A stretch of DNA of 58,218 nucleotides, the filler included, from Sphacelaria rigidula (lineage: Eukaryota): assembly GCA_964200075.2 (NCBI GenBank). It is 10 parts of 10 records of this genome, joined end to end, with 100 filler letters (N's around TTAATTAATTAA, not from the genome) between each part and the next. Parts side by side here need not be neighbours in the genome. Positions count along the whole stretch, not along the records: positions 23,329 to 29,060 come from CAXNAA020024882.1; positions 29,161 to 34,892 come from CAXNAA020024883.1; positions 34,993 to 40,724 come from CAXNAA020024884.1; 7 more parts are not named here. One strand, 5' to 3'. Of this stretch, positions 26,157 to 37,056 are shown piece after piece (positions within the stretch are counted from its first letter, which is position 1; every line of letters begins with the position of its first letter). The notes beneath the pieces are model-generated. The model made no database searches, was not told the DNA's origin, and saw only the letters and a list, made by a program, of their open reading frames with translations. The position numbers and the translations under genes are program-made.

Positions 26157-26157
<1 letters not shown>
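25290..26157 (-). mobile_element. Ty1/Copia remnant: Gag C-terminus and aspartic protease
   Basis: LHRTANHDHTECRSQ, then KTDSGAATHCVD...GTGKG...IVVPKLRRHLFS (Copia protease signature). Frameshifted. Confidence 0.8.
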
Positions 26158-26194
<37 letters not shown>

Positions 26195-27815
26195 CGCACT
26201 TTAGCTGATCCCCCAGAGGTCCAGCCGTGGTCTCATGATGGACGTACCCAAGAAAAACGAAACTGAAATACGCCCTGAGAAAAAGAAGGGACAGAACAAA
26301 ACAAAAAGTTTAACAGAACAATATAGCAGACTAAGTCGTGACAAATTAAAAAAAAAAGTAAAAACAAGCAAAGCACCGAAGGAAATGGGCGACCTAAAAC
26401 AAAACAAGAAAGGAAAAGAAGAGGAAAGTAAAGAGCAAATGAAATGGAATACAAAAAATGGAAAGGCCCAAGGGGTTCAGGACAGCAGAGTAGATACAGA
26501 TACACAACAGTGGGCACCGCAGAGTCATCGACTGAGGAAATAATCAACAACCGATATGAGCAGACAGGATTCTCCGATTGGCAGCCCTCGATGCAGCAGC
26601 CTCTCACTTGTGACGGCGGTCTGATTCTCGCTTGTCCGCGCGTCGCCACGTGTCCTTAAACTCTTCCGTTCCCTTTTCGACTCCAATATGCCACTTGCCC
26701 ATATTCTTCGCCGCAGTGACCCAATCGTATGCATCGTTAACCTCTACACCGTAGACGAACCACTTTCGTCGGGCTCCTTTGTGCGGGACAGCCCCTGGCG
26801 CACGTAGGTTCTCCTTCAGGGTATCCTGCCGTTGCTTGGGGCGGGGCGGCCGACCTCCTTGGGTCCTCGTGTGGAAAGTCGACCGTTCATGACACACTTG
26901 GGAATGCGTGTGTCCTTCTGCCGGACAAGTGCTTCCGCGAACCAGAGTTGACGTTTGCGGATAGTCGTCTCGATGTGTTCGCAGTTGGTCATCTCGGGCA
27001 CTGCTCTGTACGAAAGAGTCTTGTAGTCATTTCGATCGTTCCTGCGGAATCCAACCACTCGCAGCAAGAGCTTGTGATGGGCAGTGCGCAGACTGTCGGA
27101 GTCCTCAGAAAGTAGCGTCCATGTGGCACACCCATACAACAGAGCTTCTACCACCTCCGCTTTAAGTAGCCGAACTTCCAAGGATAGCTCGGCGTTGGGT
27201 CGGTGGTAGAGTTGGGAGCTATATTTTCGGATACGTGCTCACGCCGCGCTGAAACAGCAGTTGACCTCGATGGACATTTTCGCATCCGCGCTGATAGCTC
27301 CACCAAGGTAGATAAGCTTCCCCGTCTGCTTATACCGCTGACCGGCAGCTCTGATATCCAAGGTGGCCTCCGTGGGACAAGGTACTGAACAAAGGCGCAT
27401 GGACTCTGTCTTGCTCTCGGAGACCATCAGGCCTAATTCCTGGCAGGTCATTACTATCACGGCCATTATTCGCGCAAGGCCCTCTGAGGTCTTCGAGGCT
27501 ATGCTGGCGTCGTCCGCATAGAGCATTGCCCACACCGCGCGTCGCATCTTTTCCAGTGGTGTCTCTTCCACGGGTTCACCACCGACACCTCGTGGCGCAT
27601 CATCTAGAAAGATCAAGTTTGAGACGATGTATGGGTCGGCCCGCCGCAAACCGCTGGACGATCACTTCCACCAAGTCTGCTCCAAAGATGTTGAAGAGCA
27701 GCGGAGACGAAACGCAACCTTGTCTGAGTCCCTGGCAGACGTCGAACCACGCTGATAGTTCGCCACCATCTAACTGTACTCGCGCTCGCATGCCGTTGTG
27801 AAACATAAGGATGAT
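26158..27815 (-). mobile_element. 5'-truncated RTE-clade LINE with a (TCAA)n 3' tail
   Basis: [45 protein letters not shown] and GRP. The 3' UTR is followed by about nine GATT repeats at 26158-26194. Frameshifted. Confidence 0.92.
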
Positions 27816-28410
27816 ATAATGACCTATCTTACCACACGTGAAACAGTTCACTACATTCTTGCGTTCTTCCCAAAGTATTCTACAGGCAATGCTGCAATCA
27901 TAGCACCATCTTTACCATGTGACTTTTCGTTCCAGGTACCACGCGATGTTATGTTCACGTATAAATTGCGGATGGTGGACTCAATGTCCTTCAAGCTAAA
28001 GTCAGGATCGCGTTCAGCATCATACTTGATTTGTACGTGATCGTCGGTTAGTCCTTTTATTATTACATGTCAATCTTTCATCAGTGACTCTCATAATTAC
28101 GCTGGTCCTTGAGTTGATATATGTGTGTGAGGAACACGTCTGGATCCTCACCCTGTGACATGATTTCAAATTATCCAACTGTTTCATGAGAATTCGACGT
28201 CTTTGTTTGGACGAATTCTGGTACTTCGCAATCAACCCTTCCCAAGCCTTTTCGCCATCAGGTCTATCGGCGCCCTGTTGTTGAAACCTCAGCAAAAATT
28301 GTTCGCAGGTCCGGCTGTAGTCAGGTACAATATATTAAACAGCACTTCATTATTGCGGTCGATATCAGCTACTTCCTGTGCGTTACTGGCTACTCTTACA
28401 TGGGTGTACT
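27816..28410 (-). mobile_element. Ty1/Copia gag, upstream half of the interrupted element
   Basis: LFNILYLTTAGPA...DGEKAWEGLIAKY...LMKQLDN and the half zinc knuckle CFTCGKIGH. Confidence 0.8.
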
Positions 28411-28411
28411 C

Positions 28412-29060
28412 CTCTGTAACGAAGATAAGAAAATCCGGTAGAGTTCAAATGGAAATGGGGAGAAGAGGAACTGCCAATCGTGGACTAGTATACATCCCTT
28501 GGCGTAGAGATCTCAAAAAACGGTTCTTGGGATGCACACATAAGCAAAGTAATAGAAAAGGGTAAGGCACAGATAGGCAAGTTGGACGTGATCCTCAGAA
28601 GCCCGCGCCAGGACACAAGGATCAAGAGATGTATCCTGATGAACGTGATCGTACCAAAGCTGGGATATGCAAGAGAAGTATGGAAAGGGAACGTGAAGTT
28701 GGTGGAGAGGTTAGAAGCAGTACAGATGGCAGCAGCCAAGAAAATACTTGGATGCTTGACAACGACGAGTAATACAACTTCGAGAGCAGAGTTGGGAATG
28801 TGCTCACTCAAACAAACGGAGACACGAGGACATTGCGATGGCAATATAGCGTAAAGAACATGCAGAGAAAGAAGTTGCCAGCTATAGTTGATAGGGGTGT
28901 ATGGAAAAAGAGTACGAATGGGCGTGCGATCAGGTGGGATAGAGAAGTCGAGAAAGTGTGGAAGGAGATAAGAGAAAACCAAGACGGAATACTGTCCATA
29001 AAACAGTGTTTTCGCGAGATTGAGAGTAGATGATACGATTGAGAGTGGCTTTGATCATTC
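28412..29060 (+). mobile_element. Fragment of a second non-LTR RT family (C-terminal/thumb region)
   Basis: WGEEELPIVD*YTSLGVEIS...WDAHI...IVPKLGYAREVW...LEAVQMAAAKKILG...RAELG, with a stop and frameshifts. Confidence 0.8.
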
Positions 29061-29834
29061 NNNNNNNNNNNNNNNNNNNNNNNNNNNNNNNNNNNNNNNN
29101 NNNNTTAATTAATTAANNNNNNNNNNNNNNNNNNNNNNNNNNNNNNNNNNNNNNNNNNNNAGCAAGACGCGACCGCACAGCGCAGCCAAGCAGATGAGTG
29201 TGTTCTGTCCAGGACCACTGCGGACCTGCTCGGGCAGGGGGCAACGTCTCCTCCCCCACAGTGCCAGACTTAGCGTGGGCGTTACCACGACGGTCTGAAA
29301 GTGACAGGGGCATTTGCTGTAGTTTTCTTTTATCAGAATCAATCAGATATTCTTCTGTGGTGTGCTCCCACGTGAAGATATTTACCTTTCTCTGGCAGGC
29401 ACGTGATCACCCATATGCGGAGTTTTCACTTGGTTCCAGAATAGGACAGAGTGCGAGTTGCAAATTTGTTTTTTTTCACGAATGGATCGCAGGTATTGTA
29501 TTCCTTTCGAGGCGCGGCTCACATCGTACAGTCAGTTCTACGGTACTCGTTGTACTGGCACCAGGAACACACAGTGTCAACTTCCTCGGGTATTATATTG
29601 CGCGGATACATCACGTGCAATAGACGCTTTTTACATTCTGGCTGTCAAACGCGCGAAAGCTGGCCTGTAGCGCCAGGTATCCGTGCTGCTGTGGAGACCT
29701 CTCTTCCAAGGACGTCTGCCCCTCTAGTCCCGTCATATTATAGGCCTTAGAGTATGACCGTCTCCAATTGACGCCGCGGATAATGAATTATACTTTCAGT
29801 ACAATGCCGCCATAATATTGGAAAGGAACAACAC

Positions 29835-29975
29835 TGAATCGCTCGAGTGCTCGCCGCATTATTTGTTTCCACAACGAGCAATGACTCGACTGCTCGCCCT
29901 ATTAGTTTGTTTCCACAACGAGCACTGAATCGACTGCTCGCCCTATTTATTTTTACGGCCAACGAGCAGCCCAAC
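29835..29975. repeat. Three tandem 43-44 bp units, each with a TGCTCG...CGAGCA inverted pair
   Basis: TGCTCG at 29848, 29891 and 29935, each followed by an AT-rich loop and CAACGAGCA. Confidence 0.8.
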
Positions 29976-30680
29976 GAGTGCGAGTGCCACGAGTCACACT
30001 CGTGCTCGTCCGACGTGTGCAGTTTACCACAGATCGAACCCCAGACCTGCACGCAGGTTCCGAAATGCGGCGAGTCCGGAAGTGGTCGTTGGTCCGAGGT
30101 CCAAGGTCTGTGTCACGCTGCAGACATCACGCAACAGGGCAACACAACACCTACACACCCAGCCCCGAAAAACCATGCACAGACATCCACCACTCACGCG
30201 CGTTAGTTTTACTGCTAGCCCTCGCTAATCTACACACGGCAGTCTTTGTTTGACGGATATATTTTCTGTGCCGGACGAACGGCGACCGCGTGCGTGTCAA
30301 AAACAACCATAAAAGGGTCGTTGCCGACCGTTTTGTAAGCGTGTGCTGCGCGCGCGTCTCACAAAAATCATTTCTCAATGAATTCTCAACAAGTTTGAGC
30401 AAGGTCTTTAACAACGTGCACAGCTGATGAGCAGCTACGGCTTGAGCTATGTGTTTTTGGTTTGCGCGACCACCAAGTTCCCCAGGTTCAGCTCTGATTG
30501 TGTTGGGTTGTGTGGTGAGCCTTTGCATGTGCCCCTGTCAACAGGACATATATGTTCCCCTTCGAGGTGCACAGAAATCCCCGTTGCAAGAAAGGATTTC
30601 TGTGCACGTTGAGGGGATTATTATTATTTTATTATTTATTTATTTATTTGGGGGGGGGGGGTGAGCCGAACTCTCGAAGG

Positions 30681-31345
30681 TGTTTTGGTTTTGTACAGAA
30701 CTAGTTCTAGTTTGAAGATATGAACTTGTGTACGGGTAAATTGGGATAAAACATGATCAACGAACACTTGTCCTGAGTTCAAAGATGGAATTGCAGTATT
30801 TCAAGACTTAGCAAGTATAAATCGGGTCTCGGGCTAAACAAGAGTTGTTATGTCCGATGTTGAAGTGGTAAAAGTAAGGAAAACTTGTAATCCGGATCGG
30901 AAGGTCAGAGCAGTAGTAGGATGTTGAAGGCTAGATTCAAGGATTGGGATGTGCTGTGGACTAGTGTTGGACAACAGACGAGGAAAGCTGACTGTTGAGT
31001 GTACTTTGAGACTGAAAAGTGAGTTCTTTTAGAATAACATCACAGGTTAGGTGGTCAAGTACGACAAAAGGGATGGGGAAGTACCGAGTTGAGGACCGAA
31101 GGGTTTTCGGCGCTCAACCCCCGCGAGCTTCACTCCTTTTTACACCTTGTTTTCTTGGTTTTTGTGTGCTATTTCAAGAGCAGTTACAGGTGCGGAATTG
31201 TGTGAGGGAATACAAATTCTAGTACAAATAACGAAAGAAAGAAGCATAAAACCACATCTTTGTGTTTTAGGCACAGAGGACCTTCCTCTCATCTTGGCCT
31301 TGACTGAACACTACATCTAGCTCCTATAAAACGGTTGAATCTACA
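30681..31345 (+). mobile_element. Probable 5' LTR of the Gypsy element downstream
   Basis: Non-coding block TGT...ACA followed by TTTGG at a PBS-like position and then ORF1. The second LTR is not in the contig and the left boundary is uncertain. Confidence 0.45.
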
Positions 31346-31453
31346 TTTGGAGAAGTGAGCGACAGCTTCTCTCACGACAGTGGCGTCTGACGGTAGTCCG
31401 GGGGAGAGCTCAGCAAGGTCAGCACGTGCATCAGACGACACCGGCTTCGCAAC

Positions 31454-34357
31454 ATGTCCGGTAAGACACCCCGTTCTGAGAGTGATGTGAAAGTGATGAC
31501 TGGGGTAAGGACGAGGTCTTGACGTAGAGCAGATGACCGGTCGCGTGAGGCTATTAATAGCTTGAACGTAGCGCCAGGCACGAACGTGTCTGACATACCA
31601 GATGCTAAAAACAAATGTGTAGAGGAGTCAGTTGGGAGCGCGTCAGAATCGCAGCCGGGGTTTTCAGCGAATTCAGATTTACACACTGAGAGGGAAAGAG
31701 GTATCACCGGAGAAAATCTCGTGGCACCTCCGGCCCACCGGGTAGATGACAGGACATACATACAGAGTGACGTTTTGACTCAAAATGACTCGCTCGAAGT
31801 ATCGAATGTAGGCTCAGTGGTGAACTTTGAAGGGGGGCGAAGCTTGACTGATGAAACAACGTCAGCGTTTCACACCCCCGAGACAGACGACATGAAATGT
31901 GTAGAAAGCCTAGCCGAAAAAAGGGCGGCTGCTAGCATATCAAATGTTGTAGCCAGAGGTGAACGAATTAGGACCGTGGAAAAGTCGGTTTCCTCACCCT
32001 CTGTCGAATTTGGTGGTGACGTGTCCACTACACCAGGTCACATGAAAGAAATTTCGCAACTGCCCAGTGCTGTACATGACAGGCTTGCGGGTAGTAATGT
32101 GCGGGTACCCATAGACGAAGATGAAATGCTTGCTGGAGGTAGAGTTGAATCACCTGGTGATGTGAACAACATGCTTCCTGGTAGCAATGTGCAGTCACCA
32201 ACGAAGACGGATGACATGCTGGTGGGTGGTCCTAGAAAATGTTGTGATGATGCAAAAATGAAACAGGATACGCAGGTATCACGACCCAGAAATTATGATG
32301 AACATGAGGGGAACATCGAGCAGGACCAAGAAACCGCGTCACACCCGATTGCATCACGTGGTGACTCCTTGTCTCACACCCTTACGTCGAAAGTAGAGCA
32401 GAGTAGGCGACGGTCGACCGCATTGGGAGTGGTACAACAGATTGTGATACTTCATAACACGGAGTCACAGTTACGATCAATCATGTTGGATATCGAGTGT
32501 AGTAATGATAACAGAAATGACACGGCACGTTCGAATCAAGAATCGCGGCTAGTTATCGGGACACAGGGGGTAAATGCTGCTTCAGTAAAAGTAGAACAAA
32601 CGAACCGGACAGATCAAGGTTCTCAGTCGGCTGTTTGTTCTTCGTTGCCTCAGCAACACCGTGACTCGTCACCAAACTCGATGATAACCACACGCGCTAC
32701 TGCTGCTGCTGTTACCGTCCTTTACACGGCAGACACGCAGCCACCGACGTCCAGCTCCCAGAAGGGGAAAGCACCTGTAGTGGGGCTACCAGGGGTGATG
32801 ATGCCCCACACCACCCCGGTGGAGACGGCGGGTTCGGCGAGCGTGGCTACCCAGGCGGAACCTCTAGTTCCTTCGACCGCAGAGGTGACGACCCACGATA
32901 ATGAGGTAGAGGTTGATAGTGACTGTGTTGATGGCTCTGTGGTTGAGGAAACTGCTGTGATCAGTGATGTGGTCGAAAATGTTCGTCAATTATCGGACTC
33001 GCTGTCGCACGAGGATAGATGCAGGGCAACGGAAATTGATCCTGGTGATGGTGATCGCCCAGTAACGACAGTTGCAGCGCCGGGTGGAGTCTTTACTCCT
33101 ATTCCGTCGAGGATGACGAGGCCCGTGTTGGCTGAGCCTAGTCTCAAAAAGGATGCGCCCATCTTTCGAAAGTCAGCAGCTGTGGAACGTCGCCGGGTGG
33201 AACGCATGCCGGTAGAGAGGTCGTATTCCCAATTTGAGGGAACCTCTTCGGATGACTCCGATACCGAGGGTGATGAGATTTATGCGCGCATCCTACATAA
33301 AGCTGAACTTCGTGCGGCAGCGCGTAGGAAAAAGCGTATGGAAAGAATGATTCGTAAAGATGAAGAAATGGCCCGTCGTTTGTCTGCCACCCCGGGAAAT
33401 GACCTGGAGGCCCGAGAGGTTTCGAAAGCTGCGAATCCAGACTGGCAAGTGGTGAGGGGCAAGAACCAGAAGATAACCTACGCCCAGGCGGTAGGCAAAC
33501 CATCTAATGAGAAAAACGTCCATACTGATCGTTCAAACCGGGATACTTCCTTGTTTGCCGCCACACTGTCCCCTCAGACATCTCGGAGGATGCTCCACGC
33601 TGGAGCAACAAAATTCAAAAATATAAGAGAAAGACTGAGCGCGGTGAGGGCGTTAAAGGAAGAAGTCAGCGGCGAGATGGACGAAGTAATGGCTCGTCTA
33701 GCGGGACTTAAGAAAAGGAAGAAGTCTTTGATGGACGAGGAGAGGGATGGTGAAGCAGCCATGGTGGAGGCCCGGGGGGAGAGGGAGGACACGACGGTGG
33801 CACACGTCACAAATGCTAACGTTCTCCCAAAGAGGATGGGGCCGGCGGAGCTGGCGGAATACCAGAGAGGTCTGACGGAATCCCACCCAGCCCAGGAAGG
33901 TCCGACAGCACCTACGGTTGAGCAGGAGGTGCATCGCCGGCCGGCGGTGCACATGAACCCGGCTCGGGCCAGTCAGCGCCCGCCCACGACGGACACGACT
34001 GAGACACAGGGGTTATCCTTTGAAGACTATAAGAAATTGAAACATTCGTGTCCAAGCACCTGGCCTCTATCAGATTGGTTGGAGTACAACGCCATGATTA
34101 AAAAGACTGAGAAAAGCAGTGCAGGAAGGCAGCCCACAGCACCGGAACACTCAAAACAAGGGAATGCTCAAGAGGGTCCGGGGATGGGAGCCGCAGCTTC
34201 TTCAGGATGGGAACCGCCTCAGGTACAAAGAGGGTGGGACGGATCCGAATCGGAAGGAGGGGTTAGTACCGGGAGTTGGCAGGAGCACCAACCTCGAGGC
34301 AATCGTGGGAGAGGGAAGGGTCATCCTTCCTACTATTTCAACAACCTCGAGGTATGA
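31454..34357 (+). pseudogene. Gypsy ORF1 (Gag-like N-terminal region), 968 codons including one premature TGA at 31520 and the terminal stop
   Basis: ATG 31454 is in frame with the 931-aa ORF (MSGKTPRS...RTRS*RRADD). Low-complexity S/T/E/D sequence with a coiled-coil-like stretch, directly upstream of pol. Confidence 0.65.
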
Positions 34358-34389
34358 AGGAAACGAAATTTTTGGAATGAAGGAAACGA

Positions 34390-34892
34390 AATGCGCATGT
34401 TGGAATGAAGGAAACGAAATTTTTGGGGCATCACATTTCCGCGGCGGGAATTTCTCCTGATCAGGATAAGGTACAGGCTTTGAAACAAATGCCAATGCCG
34501 TCTGATGTATCTCAGCTCAGATCATTGCTGGGAAGTTTAGGGTACTACCGTAAATTTATTCCGCGAATGGCTGCGAGACTCAAACCTCTAACGCAGTTGC
34601 TAAAGAAGGGAGTTCGTTTTGAATTTACACAAGAGCATGAATCTATCGCCAAGGACATGCTATCATCACTGACGGGGCAAAACGTTCTAGCTTTTCCAAA
34701 CTACGAAAATGCAGCCTCAGGGAAACGACCATGTATGCTCACTACAGATGCATCATTGGATGGCGTAGGCGCGGTGGTGGAACAAAAACAAGAAGATAAC
34801 ACTGTTCGACCTCTTGTTTTCCTAAGTAGAGGAACACTACCCAACGAGAGAAATTGGAGTGTGTCCGAATTAGAGGCAGCGGCTATTGTGTG
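34390..34892 (+). mobile_element. Gypsy pol fragment: RT C-terminus and RNase H N-terminus
   Basis: KFLGHHIS..GI.PD..KV.AL, LRSLLGSLGYYRKFIP, TTDASLDGVGAVVEQ and ERNWSVSELEAAAIV. Confidence 0.93.
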
Positions 34893-34992
34893 NNNNNNNN
34901 NNNNNNNNNNNNNNNNNNNNNNNNNNNNNNNNNNNNTTAATTAATTAANNNNNNNNNNNNNNNNNNNNNNNNNNNNNNNNNNNNNNNNNNNN

Positions 34993-35117
34993 GTACCCAC
35001 GACACAGTCGCTCTCCACTGTTGGGCATGGTGCGAGAAAAAATCCCAGATCGCTCCAAGATCTGAACCCATGACCCAACCGTCAAAAGGTTTCGAGGTTA
35101 CCAACTGAGCCACCAGG
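34993..35117 (-). mobile_element. tRNA-derived SINE family A copy
   Basis: The minus strand has A-box TGGCTCAGTTGG and B-box-like GGTTCAGATC. Body shared with 14581-14734. Confidence 0.75.
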
Positions 35118-37056
35118 CCGGCCGGCTTGCGTCTCCATCAGTTTATTCCGTTCTCCTGCTTGTTTCCTTTCTCTTCCTCTCTCTTTCCCCTTCAAGGTCC
35201 CTCTCTATTACCACCAGTATTTCTCGAGATTTGTTCAGCCAATGTTTTCTCATCTCCTTGTTCGTTTTCCTCTCTTTCTGTCCCCGTCAAAAATAAGTTC
35301 TCACGCTTCCCCCCCCTTTTTACACGGGTCGGACGAATAAATGGTTCGTCTGGAAATTACGTGATTCCAGTTTGATTGATTTGTACAGAATCAATCCTTG
35401 GGCTTTATTTTTAGCGTTGCAACCCAGGTACGCGCAGCCCAGGCACGCGGAATGGCGCAAAAGTTTCGCGGGAACGTTTTTGACTATCGGTCGACTTTTT
35501 TCTCTCTTTCGAGCAATCAGGCCTGCAAAATCGTGGATTTGGTGATTCGAACCGGCGATTATTCGTCCGAACCGTGCCCTTGTATCGGCTCACCTCCCAC
35601 ATATAGGGGTAACTCAAAGTGCATTGAAAAATTTCCGCGCGGAGCGCGATCATGGCTAAGGGTTGAAAAGTCGGCACTCGGCAAAAATTGAGGGATTGTC
35701 TGAAATGAGGGGAAGAACTATGACATGGGACATGTCCTGTTTCACTGTGGTGCAGAACAAACACACTCATGCCCTCTCTCATGTGCTGTAGCTGTCACTG
35801 CGCTGTGGTGTGTTCGGACCTTTGCGAGGACGGTTTGGTCTCCGCTGAGATTGCGTCAGTTGATTTACTGTCACTGCCTTCGTCTTCACAGGAAATGAGG
35901 AAAAATATGTTTGTCGGCACACAGTGCCGTCTTCATACTGTTGTGTGTTGGTTGTTTCGTGTTCCATCAAACGAAGAAGACGCCTCCCGCACCCATCATT
36001 TCTATGCTGTAGTTGTCGCTGTGCTATTGTGAATTTAAACACTCTACGACGAACATGGTGTGGTGTGCGCTGGAGAGTGCCTGAACAGCTGCCCTGCTGC
36101 ATGCCTTGTTGCGGTCTGCACAGAATTGGGGTGGATGAAAGTGCTGTACACAAAGTTGAAACGATTACGTGACGACCGTGCAGCTATTGCGCTTCTCTGG
36201 TACTTTAGTAGTAGTCGGACGCTGTGATGGGAGAAGACGCGCAAGGCGGACGCGTGCAGGTCGGGGCAAACAAACTGAGCCAGGACGGAGCTGCCGTATC
36301 CCAAGCGATTGATGATGGCAGCTCTATGACTGGCAGCGGCGCAATGTGTTGGCCAATCACAGCTATGACCACTCAATTCCCACTCGATTCTCTCATCCGA
36401 TTGAAGAAAGGTCGCCGCATTTTGGTATATTGGGAGGCTTTAATTGGTCGAGAACTCGTGCCAGTCAAAGTTCTTGCCCCCATCTGCGGGCGCTGTGCCC
36501 TTTTATCGTTCCATCTCGAAAGGGATTGCGGATGATTCGGTCAAGCTTAAATCACCATTATTAATAAAAAGTTCGTTGTGTCGATTTGCTCCTTCTNNNN
36601 NNNNNCCTTTTTTCTTTTCCCTTCTAAGGGGTGCCCCCCCCCCCCCCCCCCCTCTTTTACCGAGCTTTGTTCCGCCAGTGTTTTCTCTTTACTTGGGGTA
36701 TATTTATATACACACATCAGTCTATTGAAAAACAAGGATGGCTGTGATCCCTAAAAGCCGATATGTTCCATGTGCGACGATCAACCAAACCATCAATCGA
36801 TCAAGTGAGGTATTGTAATGAGCGCCCGAATATTGGGTTTATCTCATGTATCTTCATCCATTCGGAGGAGGAACGGTGCTGCGTCTCGAAAGCGATACGT
36901 GGTCAGTGGTCAAACAACTACGAGCAAGGCAAGGAATAAATGGGTATGCCCCCCCCCCCCTCCCCCTCGACGCGTACCTTGTCACCATGATACCATGACG
37001 CCCGGCGGCAACGGAACGGTATGCATGGATGACCACGGCCAACGTTGTACATTCAG

